A stretch of 32,000 nt of DNA from an uncultured Erysipelotrichaceae bacterium. GTDB lineage: Bacteria > Bacillota_I > Bacilli_A > Erysipelotrichales > Erysipelotrichaceae. The position numbers and the translations under genes were made by a program. Shown in pieces: positions 8,796 through 16,602 of the stretch (the first letter of the stretch is position 1; the number at the start of each line of letters is the position of its first letter). Location: positions 1,920,001-1,952,000 of the forward strand of contig OW818668.1 of the NCBI GenBank assembly GCA_942493105.1. Reading direction: 5' to 3'. The notes beneath the pieces are model-generated. The model did not search any database and was not told the origin of the DNA. It saw only the letters and a list, made by a program, of their open reading frames with translations.

Positions 8796-9512
8796 CTAGA
8801 TTAGCAGCAAGCCATCCACATCGATAATCTGAATGCGTTTATTGCTTTTCTGCTTGATCAAACCGGCATCTTCAAATTCAAAGAGCTTGCGACTAATGGT
8901 TTCAGGGGTCGTTCCAAGATAAGAAGCCAAGTCTTTTTTACTCATCGGTAAAGTCACCTCATCAGAACCACTCTTAAGATCCATGGACTCAACAAGATAT
9001 AAGGCAATGCGCATTTCTACCCGTTCTGTCGCAAAACGCGTTGTTTGTTTTTCGGATTGTTCAAGCCGAGAAGAGAACTCAGAGAGGATATTCATGGCGA
9101 TGGCAGGGTACGTCAACATTAATCTATGAAGATCTGCGCGCTTGACGATGCAGACACTGGTATCTACCATGGCACTCGCATAAGCTTCATGGACGGATTC
9201 ATTAAACAAAGCCAACTCACCGGTAAATTCACCAGGATTGAGAAATCGCAACAATTGTTCCTTCCCCGATTCAGAAAGCCGGTAGATTTTTACTCTGCCT
9301 TCAGCGACGATGTAGAGCGCATCAGATTGGCTGCCGGGGTGATAAAGATCTTCGCCTTTTTTATAAAATACTGAATGGGTCAAAGCATGTATTTCTTCCA
9401 TTTGATTTTTTTCCAGATGATTGAAAATTGGAACTAAAGAGACGCATGTATCGTGGTCTACACTTTCGTGGTTATGATGCTGATTGCAGGCTTTTGGTGA
9501 TTTCTCTTCCAT
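8796..9512 (-). CDS. Crp/Fnr-family transcriptional regulator with Cys/His-rich N-terminus
   Basis: 238-aa ORF. It has a cNMP-binding-like barrel (GEFTGELALF) and a C-terminal HTH (KKDLASYLGTTPETISRKL). The N-terminus is CNQHHNHESVDHDTC. RBS AAAGGAG. Confidence 0.9.
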   Translation of the reverse strand: MEEKSPKACNQHHNHESVDHDTCVSLVPIFNHLEKNQMEEIHALTHSVFYKKGEDLYHPGSQSDALYIVAEGRVKIYRLSESGKEQLLRFLNPGEFTGELALFNESVHEAYASAMVDTSVCIVKRADLHRLMLTYPAIAMNILSEFSSRLEQSEKQTTRFATERVEMRIALYLVESMDLKSGSDEVTLPMSKKDLASYLGTTPETISRKLFEFEDAGLIKQKSNKRIQIIDVDGLLLI

Positions 9513-9553
9513 TTGAGCGCTCCTTTAACTTCAATGAGTTTATTCATAGACTC

Positions 9554-9562
9554 ATTATAACA
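9554..9562 (-). promoter_or_regulatory. Extended -10 (TGTTATAAT) upstream of the Crp/Fnr gene
   Basis: Minus-strand TGTTATAAT lies about 45 nt upstream of the start codon at 9512. Confidence 0.4.
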
Positions 9563-9627
9563 AATAGCATTCCAGTTACTTTGTTCCACTACTTTTCTAT
9601 TGTGGATCCTCTAGTTCAAATCTGCAA

Positions 9628-9696
9628 GGCATTTTTTTCTCCTATTGTACGCATACATCTTTAACATTGTAGCCCTACAAAAGTCGACCTATTCCA
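9628..9696 (-). mobile_element. Truncated copy of the IS3-family left end (terminal repeat, 5' UTR and start codon only)
   Basis: ggcattttttt-ctcctattgtacgcatacatctttaacattgtagccctacaaaagtcgacctattcca aligns with 14631-14697 of the full IS, in the same orientation. Homology stops at the ATGCC start. Confidence 0.65.
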
Positions 9697-10088
9697 ATCT
9701 TACGTTTGCGGGGATATGCCAACGCTTTTTCTGTTCGTGGGAATATATCAATGTATGTTAATAACAGTTGCTATAAATTGTATCTTATAGCATTTCATAG
9801 AGTTCATCCACCTCTAACCAGTTTGGTCTTTTAGTCCAAATAAAAGCCCACCGACTATTTAGACTAATTCAATTTGAGTTTAGACGGATTTTATGATGTT
9901 CTGCGACAAGGTAAATAATTGTCCAAAACCAAGTAAGGTGCTCTACGAGTTTAAACGTAGAGTGCCTAGCTTGGTTCTTCTGTTTATAAAAGATAGAAAT
10001 GATTTCATGAACTGCTAATTGGCTCCAGCCCTGAATAATTGAAGCTTTTATCAAGAATAATTGAGATCGAACGCCGGAGTGTACAGTA

Positions 10089-10466
10089 CTATAGAGTTTG
10101 CTCTGCCGACTCAATTGTTATTATTAATGCTGCCCTTGCCCACGGAAATCTCTTTTTAATTGCCTCAAAATCCGCGCCTTCTTTTTTAAACACAGCAATA
10201 CCTTTAATTAAGAACCCTGTCCCTTTATAGGCTTTTCCCTCAACTTCTCTATTTGCTATTGTTAACTGGACCTTATTGTTTCTAACGATATTCCTTTCCG
10301 TTTCAGTCATTCGACCTGCGGGGATAATCAGTTTTTCTTCGTCAGTCACCTGCACGTAGCTATTCCATGAGTTTATTACATGTGGTTCATTAAAGCCCTG
10401 TGTAACAATTGCCAAGGCGGCATCGGGAGGGGTAGTAAGCACTTCCATAAGCTTTTTGTTGATCAT
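10089..10466 (-). CDS. Pyridoxamine 5'-phosphate oxidase-family (FMN-binding split-barrel) protein
   Basis: 125-aa ORF of typical length and pattern for this family (AIVTQG...PHVINSW...IPAGRM...GTGFLIKG). Confidence 0.7.
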   Translation of the reverse strand: MINKKLMEVLTTPPDAALAIVTQGFNEPHVINSWNSYVQVTDEEKLIIPAGRMTETERNIVRNNKVQLTIANREVEGKAYKGTGFLIKGIAVFKKEGADFEAIKKRFPWARAALIITIESAEQTL

Positions 10467-10524
10467 TTTTACACTCCGATCATTTCGTTTAATTGTGATT
10501 AATCACTAAATAATGTATTGTTGT

Positions 10525-11175
10525 CTACTTTAATCTAAGACAAGGACCATGCCCTGCAGCTATCAAATCAGGGCTTAACTGAGACAAAGTTTCCTGCATT
10601 TGACTATATAGCAATGGGTCGGGTATCTGAGTTGGACGGATGTTGCTAATTTCGGTATTCCAAGTTGAATCTACTATGATTCCATCAACCTCTCCTGGCC
10701 TTATCATTATATCGCTGCTAAAGAAAATGCCCCGTTGATTTTCTATAACGAATAAGCCTTCCCAAAGGTGCATTTCAGAGGGATAACCAATAAATTCTAA
10801 CTCACATGAATTAGAGCTAAGTTTTTCACCAGACTTTTTAATTATAACTTCGTTTTTATACCCGAACCCACCAAGTTGACGTGCAGTTATTTTCGAACAA
10901 ATCGTTTTAGCCTCAGGGAAATTATCTAAAATTATAGATAACCCGCCACACTCGTCTGATTCAAAGTGGGAAACAAAAATATATTTTAGTATTTTGCCAT
11001 TAAGTGCTGTTTTTAATTGTGGTATCAAAGCGGTAGCCATATGGATATCACCCGTATGAAATAGAATAGGTCCATCTGCCAAAAGTAAATATTGATTAAA
11101 CGAAAGATTGATTGGCTGAATGTATGTGCTAAATTGATATAAATCCTGTCCAATTAATAACATTTGCGTTTTCAC
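10525..11175 (-). CDS. Metallo-beta-lactamase-fold protein resembling the di-iron domain of flavodiiron/ODP proteins
   Basis: 216-aa ORF. It has SHFESDECGG (an H-x-E-x-D pattern like the FDP metal site) and a C-terminal GHGP. It has no flavodoxin domain. Confidence 0.65.
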   Translation of the reverse strand: MKTQMLLIGQDLYQFSTYIQPINLSFNQYLLLADGPILFHTGDIHMATALIPQLKTALNGKILKYIFVSHFESDECGGLSIILDNFPEAKTICSKITARQLGGFGYKNEVIIKKSGEKLSSNSCELEFIGYPSEMHLWEGLFVIENQRGIFFSSDIMIRPGEVDGIIVDSTWNTEISNIRPTQIPDPLLYSQMQETLSQLSPDLIAAGHGPCLRLK

Positions 11176-11352
11176 CTTTGTAAAAACTATTAAATTTGTA
11201 AATTAGTTCTCTCCGATAATATGATTAATATACTTCATTTATCTTTTTGCAATTTAAACCTTGAAAAAATAACATTCAAACAGTACAATGACTTCAAAAC
11301 AATCATTTGGAAATCAGCTGTCCATTTGTCTGATACCAATCGCTTAAACTTT

Positions 11353-11472
11353 ATGATAAAAAAGGTTAGAAATAATAGAAATGCTATTATTGTACAGCAT
11401 GAAGTATACGGGGTAAACAAATTTATTGAAGATATTTGTGAAGAGTATCATGCACAGTTTATCTTCGATTGA
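11353..11472 (+). pseudogene. Short N-terminal relic resembling a dienelactone hydrolase
   Basis: Only about 30 aa (NAIIVQHEVYGVNKFIEDICEEY) match the usual xxVxHExxGxNxHIxD start of that family. The ORF then stops. Confidence 0.3.
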
Positions 11473-11538
11473 ATCAAAATCCCCAATAAGACTGTCAACT
11501 CATCTATTGCAGCAAAACACACTTTTTTTGATCAGTTA

Positions 11539-12093
11539 TTATTTCCTTGCTTTCAGATATTTTTTTTCGAATCTATGGAGGGTTTCATGTAATTTCTCAT
11601 GGGTATCTTTCCCCATAACTTCTTCTTCAAACACTTCAAATTGATTCAAAAGATGTTCCTGTTCATTCATCGGTAGCATCTTATCGCCCATCGGAAACAG
11701 CACCGTATTTTCCTTTTCAATGTGAGCACGCATCAAGTTGATATAGCCTGTTGCAGCTTCTGTAAACCTGTCTGCATGCAATATACCGCTTGAAATGGAA
11801 GCTTCCATTTCAGCAATATACTGCCTGCCTTGATTGTGTTCAATAAGCATTTGTCCGATAGGACCTCCTTTGTTAGGAATACCAACCATTTCCATCGCTG
11901 GGAACATTAGATTCTCTTCTTTTCCGTGATGGCACTTGTCAGCAAACAATCGCAAGAAGTTTACCATATCATCAATATCCTTGGGATCAACCGCGCGTGA
12001 TTGCTTGACTGTGTTGGCCATTTCTTCCAAAATATCAAGTCCAAAAAGAACGCCCTCATGTTCATTCCTCAAATCTTCACTAGCATACTTCAT
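11539..12093 (-). CDS. Hemerythrin (HHE cation-binding) domain protein
   Basis: 184-aa ORF with spaced His/Glu motifs (NEHEGV, CHHGKEE, IEHNQG, HIEKEN). RBS GAGGAGG. Confidence 0.8.
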   Translation of the reverse strand: MKYASEDLRNEHEGVLFGLDILEEMANTVKQSRAVDPKDIDDMVNFLRLFADKCHHGKEENLMFPAMEMVGIPNKGGPIGQMLIEHNQGRQYIAEMEASISSGILHADRFTEAATGYINLMRAHIEKENTVLFPMGDKMLPMNEQEHLLNQFEVFEEEVMGKDTHEKLHETLHRFEKKYLKARK

Positions 12094-12146
12094 TTATTTT
12101 TCCTCCTCGTGTAATATTTTTGTCACTTCTCGACAATTTCTAATAT

Positions 12147-13342
12147 TTATTTACAAAGAGCATTTGCAACTTCAGTGGCCTTGCTATAATCCTCTTCAGT
12201 GGGATTCCAATAACATTTGATTTCCGGCTCCACAACTTCAAAGCCAGCATCATGCAGTCTTTCACGAAGGACTTTGGTAGATTCGCCGCTCCAGCCATAG
12301 CATCCGAAAACGGCTGCTTTCTTATTTTTGAATTTAGTTCTTTTAGAAAATCAAGCCATCCTCCCACAGAAGATAATACATTCTGCCCGACAGTTGGGCT
12401 ACCCACGACAATTGCCTTTGACTTAAAAACTTCTGTCATAATATCGTTTTTGTTGGTTTTGGAGATATTAAAAATCTTCACTTTTGTGTCGGGTGATATA
12501 CGAGATATTTCTGCACCGATTTTATGTGCAAGCAGCATTGTGCCCTCCCACATGGTGTCATAGGCAATTGTAATCTGATCTTCCTGGTAATCCTTAGACC
12601 ACTCATAGTATTTCTCGATAATTTGAACGGGGCTATCCCTCCATATCGCACCATGGCTGGTCGCAATAATGTCAAATTGGAGATTGAGTGCCAGAATTTC
12701 TTCGATCTTCTTTTTTACAAGCAGCGAGAACGGATTTAAGATATTTGCGTAGTATTTGAGCGCCTCAGCCCAAAGCAGACACGTATCTGCCTTGTCATTA
12801 AATAATTCCTCTACGGCATAATGCTGACCAAACGCATCATTTGAAAATAGGATATTGTCGCCTGTCATATAAGTCGCCATACTATCCGGCCAGTGCAACA
12901 TTCTCATTTCCACAAAAACAAGTTTCTTTCCGTTTCCAATATCAATCGAATCTCCTGTTTTAACAATCTTATAATTCCATTCAGGATGATGATACTGCCC
13001 GGTCAGGGACTTAACGGCATTGGCTGTGCAGTAAATGGGGGTATTCGGTATTTTCTCCATGAGTGCGGGTAGGGATCCGCTATGATCAACCTCTCCATGG
13101 TTTATCACGATGAAGTCGATTTTATCAAGATTAACTTCACTTTCCAAATTACTAACAAACTCTGAAGAATGTGGCTTCCAGACGGTATCGATGAGCACAG
13201 TCTTTTCTTCAGTAATCAGGTAAGCGTTCTGGCTTGAGCCGTGGTTGATCGAATAATCAGCACCATGGAAAGACTCAAGCTCCCAATCGATTTTCCCGAC
13301 CCAATACACATTGTTTTTAACAAGCTTTTTCATTTTTTCCAT
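12147..13342 (-). pseudogene. Flavodiiron protein (FprA-like O2/NO reductase) with a 1-nt frameshift in the flavodoxin domain
   Basis: NHGEVDHSG is the di-iron motif. After ...WLDFLKEL the track frame turns non-homologous. Shifting frame at the A3 run (plus-strand ttt 12333-12335) gives KFKNKKAAVFGCYGWSGESTKVLRERLHDAGFEVVEPEIKCYWNPTEEDYSKATEVANALCK, ending at TAA 12147-12149. Confidence 0.85.
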
Positions 13343-13414
13343 CCATTTCTGTTGTCAGTCGTAATATATTTCTCGTATTGGAATAGTCCTTATTTTGTAG
13401 AGCCATTATTTCAC

Positions 13415-14634
13415 TCATATACGCATACCCAATTCGTTTGTTTTCACGGTTTTTCCCACCTTATATCTCTTATAATACTCTGCCGGCGATAAGTTATCAA
13501 ATCGACTATGCATACGTTTGCGATTATAAAAAAAATCAATATATTCAAATAAACTTCGTTCTAACTATTCTGGATTTTGATACTTCCGATGATGGACCCA
13601 TTCTTTCTTCAGTGTCGCAAAAAAACTCTCTGCACAGGCGTTGTCATAGGGATTTCCGCCACGGCTCATGCTGCTTTGGATGAGGTGTTCTTCGAGATAT
13701 CGATGGTAAGCTTTACTGCTGTACTGACACCCGCGATCACTGTGAAACAGTAAACTCTCTTGGGGTTTGCGATTCGTCAAGGCGATGGCTATCGCTCTCA
13801 TCGTCAGTTGACTGTTTGATTTCTTGCTTAAGGCATAGCCAACTACTTCTCGATTGAAAAGATCAATCACCGTTGCGACAAAGACCCATCCTTCGACCGT
13901 CTTGACATAAGTGATGTCCCCGCACCAGACTTTATCGGGTTCATTCACGTTAAACGAGCGGTCTAACGCATTCTCACTATATCTTTTCTCAATGTCTTCT
14001 TTCGGATAAGGAGTGAATTTCTTCCTGGATATACAATAAAGTCCGTTTTCTCTCATAAATCGCCGGATTCGTCCCAAACAACAGTGAATGTCCTTTAGGA
14101 TTAATGCATCCTGGATCCTTTTGGGTCCATAGGTTTCTTTATTCTCAATATGTATCTCTTTGATCACTTGAGTCAATGCTTCATCCTCGATTTGGCGAAC
14201 TGTCTTCTTCTTGTTTCTCCAACGGTAGTATCCGCTTTCCTTAACCCGAAACGCTTTGCACATCCTTACTACCACGAACTCTGAGCGATATTCTTCCATA
14301 AACTCATACTTCATCACTTGGGTTGCATAAAGATGCGCATGGACTTTTTTAAGACACTCACCTACTCTTCTAATTCTCGAATTTTTTTCTCTTACTCTTT
14401 TAATATCGCAGCGAGTTCTTTCTCACTTTTAGACGCGATCGCTTTATGACCTTTTGTTTCATGGTAGGTAGGCAACTGATTACTTCTTCGATGTTCTCTC
14501 ACCCACTTACAGACCGTATTCGTATCGATCCCCATTTCCTCTGCGACGCTGGTGGCGGACTTCCCACTTTCTAAAATATAGCTCACGGTTCGTTAACGTA
14601 TTTCAGGGGTATATTTACTATTATTGCTTGGCAT
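13415..14634 (-). pseudogene. IS3 transposase orfAB interrupted by four in-frame stop codons
   Basis: orfA reads MPSNNSKYTPEIR*RTVSYILESGKSATSVAEEMGIDTNTVCKWV...LKE*EKKIRELEE*VSVLKK. orfB reads ...[40 protein letters not shown]. The stops are TAA 14593-14595, TAA 14392-14394, TAG 14362-14364 and TAG 13565-13567. The frame is preserved across every stop. Confidence 0.8.
14344..14350 (-). other. Programmed -1 ribosomal frameshift heptamer A_AAA_AAG of the IS3 transposase
   Basis: In orfA frame the sequence is TTA AAA AAG. A -1 slip reads KKVHAHLYATQVMKYEFMEEY, which continues into orfB. Confidence 0.7.
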
Positions 14635-14758
14635 TGGTGCTCCTTTTGTACTCATACAACTTTAACATTGTGGCTCTACAAAAGTCGACCTATTCCAAAT
14701 CGTGATATGTTTTAATTTCTAATTAAGTTATGATAAACGCTTAAACCTATGAATTTGT

Positions 14759-15103
14759 TTATTTGATTTTAGCTTCTTCGATGGTTTGGTTGACAGCATC
14801 CAAGATTGCGTTATAAGTATACGTAGCCCCAGCATAGGTGTCTAAACCTTCAGTTGATTGAGCTGTGACGATCTTCGCTGGCAATTGTGCCAAAACATCT
14901 GCAGCAATCTCCTCAGTTTCGACTTGACTGATGATCGTGACGGTAACGATCTTGTCGTTTTTGAATTCAACTGATACAACGACAGGTCCTTTTTTACCTT
15001 CACTGGTTCCTTCATAAGTTCCGTTTTTATAGATCTTCGGGCCTGATGCACAAGCGCCAAGTAAGAGCGTGCCTATGATGGCCAATAGTAATAATTTCTT
15101 CAT
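14759..15103 (-). CDS. FMN-binding domain lipoprotein
   Basis: 114-aa ORF with a lipobox (LLLGAC). The FMN_bind pattern is present: GTYEGTSEGKKGPVVVSVEF...ETEEI...YAGATYT. Confidence 0.8.
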   Translation of the reverse strand: MKKLLLLAIIGTLLLGACASGPKIYKNGTYEGTSEGKKGPVVVSVEFKNDKIVTVTIISQVETEEIAADVLAQLPAKIVTAQSTEGLDTYAGATYTYNAILDAVNQTIEEAKIK

Positions 15104-15297
15104 GAGTCTCCTTTCAGAACATGTTTTAACATGTCCAAAGACAACTACACTCTAGAGTTGAAGCATCCAATAGTCAAGCGATGTTATCTATTGATTTGCA
15201 CCTACTGATCTTTTTCGAAAGATGCTTCCTAGGATCAAATCATAAACAAACATAAAACATATATCTTCACAAAATATGATTACTTTTCATGAAATTT

Positions 15298-15331
15298 CCC
15301 AAAATTTGGTCCGAAATATTGAAATTTTGGG
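15298..15331 (-). terminator. Perfect 10-bp hairpin downstream of the HNH gene (terminator or element-end structure)
   Basis: cccaaaattt (15298-15307) pairs with aaattttggg (15322-15331), with a 14-nt loop. There is no strong U-tract. Confidence 0.4.
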
Positions 15332-15370
15332 CTGCGTGCATCCGTTGACCCTTGTCCAGTTCCCAAGCGT

Positions 15371-16096
15371 TTACCCTAAGTTTCGACCGGGGGGGAGGCT
15401 CGGACGAAACTTAAGGAACCACTCGTGGATATATCGCTGCCATTCGACTTGATATGGCAGTTTATCCTTATCGTTATAGAGTCTTGCGAGGCATTCTTCT
15501 TCAGATGCCTGAATGAAGATCAGCTCAGCCCCAAGACTAGTGGCTAAGCGATCTCTGTCTGTATTGAGTGGATATCCACCGATGATCCAGGCTTGTGTCC
15601 ACTTTCCTGTTCGAGTTCTGATTTGATCTAGTAAGGCATCTCTGAGTAGGAACACATTGGTGGATAGTTCAAGTGGCTTGTCATAAGCTGGTAGTAGAGT
15701 TATGGCTTGATAGAGTTCATCTAGATCCAGGACCAAGTCACTACGCCTCTTATGAGCCTTAACATAGCTTGTTTTGCCTGAGAGTGGTGCACCATAGACT
15801 AGATAGACTTTTTGTCCTGATCCTTGCCCGAAGCGTTCATGGATCTGGTTATGGCACAGGTGATGAACCAGTAAGATGTTGTTTGGATTGAAGCTGACTT
15901 TAACGTCATTCACATTCATTGAAGTTAACTCAATGATGTGATGTGCAATACATTCATGATCCTTTAAGATCGGTTCATGACATTTCTGACAAAGCAGTCC
16001 CTTTTCCGGAGTGCTACGTTCAATCATCAGTCGTTTTCTCAATGTGATCCATTCTGGTGATTTATAGAAGTCTGACAATGTCTTATATTTAGCCAT
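15371..16096 (-). CDS. HNH endonuclease fused to a P-loop NTPase/kinase-like domain
   Basis: 241-aa ORF. The HNH part is CQKCHEPI...HHIIEL...VHHLCHNQIH. A Walker A follows (YGAPLSGKTSYV). The start overlaps the terS stop (TAATG). Confidence 0.7.
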   Translation of the reverse strand: MAKYKTLSDFYKSPEWITLRKRLMIERSTPEKGLLCQKCHEPILKDHECIAHHIIELTSMNVNDVKVSFNPNNILLVHHLCHNQIHERFGQGSGQKVYLVYGAPLSGKTSYVKAHKRRSDLVLDLDELYQAITLLPAYDKPLELSTNVFLLRDALLDQIRTRTGKWTQAWIIGGYPLNTDRDRLATSLGAELIFIQASEEECLARLYNDKDKLPYQVEWQRYIHEWFLKFRPSLPPGRNLG

Positions 16097-16551
16097 TACC
16101 AGTTGCCTTCTTTAGCCAATCTTTCTCTAAGTTCCAGCTCTTGTTTCTTTAGCTGCAACATTTGAGGATTATCGGAGTAGTGTTCGGGATCTTTATTTTT
16201 CAATAGCCCAAACAAGGCTCCGGTATCCGGTGGTTGATGCTTCTTGGTGATCTCTGTATAGGTGACAGCTTGACCATTCTCAGTCTTGGTGTAGACTTTC
16301 TTTTCTTCATAGTCATACCCAAGCGCCTTTTTGATTAAAGCATTCTCAAGTTCAGTGATCAGTGATTCCTTCCCTTTTTTAAGGGCCTTCAAAAACTCAG
16401 GATAATCTTTCTTGTATAACTCGAGAGTCGTTACTGAAATACCTAAGGTTTTAGCGATCTTTTCTTCACTGATTCCATCTCTCGCCCACTTCTCGACCAG
16501 GTGCAATTTGGCTTTGACAGATTCCCATTTACTCTTGGCCAACTTGATCAC
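16096..16551 (-). CDS. terS: Phage terminase small subunit
   Basis: 151-aa ORF. It has an N-terminal HTH (ISEEKIAKTLGISVTTLELYKK) and the pattern ALIKKALGYDYEE...PPDTGALFGLLKNKDPEHY, which is typical of Firmicute-phage TerS. Confidence 0.75.
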   Translation of the reverse strand: MIKLAKSKWESVKAKLHLVEKWARDGISEEKIAKTLGISVTTLELYKKDYPEFLKALKKGKESLITELENALIKKALGYDYEEKKVYTKTENGQAVTYTEITKKHQPPDTGALFGLLKNKDPEHYSDNPQMLQLKKQELELRERLAKEGNW

Positions 16552-16602
16552 CTCTTCACATCAAACCTTACCAAATAAAAAAACTTCGGTAAGTACCGAA
16601 GT

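Larger units (their letters stand above)
13379..14697 (-). mobile_element. IS3-family insertion sequence (1319 bp)
   Basis: The ends are imperfect inverted repeats: TGGAATAGTCCTTATTTTGTAGAGCC (13379...) and TGGAATAGGTCGACTTTTGTAGAGCC (reverse complement of ...14697). It has orfA/orfB organisation and an rve-type orfB. I see no clean target-site duplication (tat versus aat). Confidence 0.85.

Noticed and set aside
9869-10114. An 81-aa minus-strand ORF downstream of the PNPOx gene, next to the solo IS end.
   Set aside because: It overlaps the PNPOx gene's 3' end and has no RBS and no recognisable motif. It is probably non-coding or an unidentifiable relic.
13415-14634. Whether the four in-frame TAA/TAG codons in the transposase indicate stop-codon reassignment or readthrough.
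   Set aside because: The other genes in the window terminate normally at TAA and TAG with good family-length agreement. Examples are the integrase, the Crp/Fnr regulator, the methylases and the restored flavodiiron frame. A genome-wide recoding is therefore not supported.
15196-15208. A possible att core: ttgcacctactga (15196-15208) versus ttgcacctctga (27331-27342). These lie just outside the HNH end and the integrase end of the phage-derived element.
   Set aside because: Only an exact 8-mer plus 4 nt is shared, with an indel between them. A match of this size between two AT-rich intergenic regions is expected by chance. It needs empty-site or circle-junction data.
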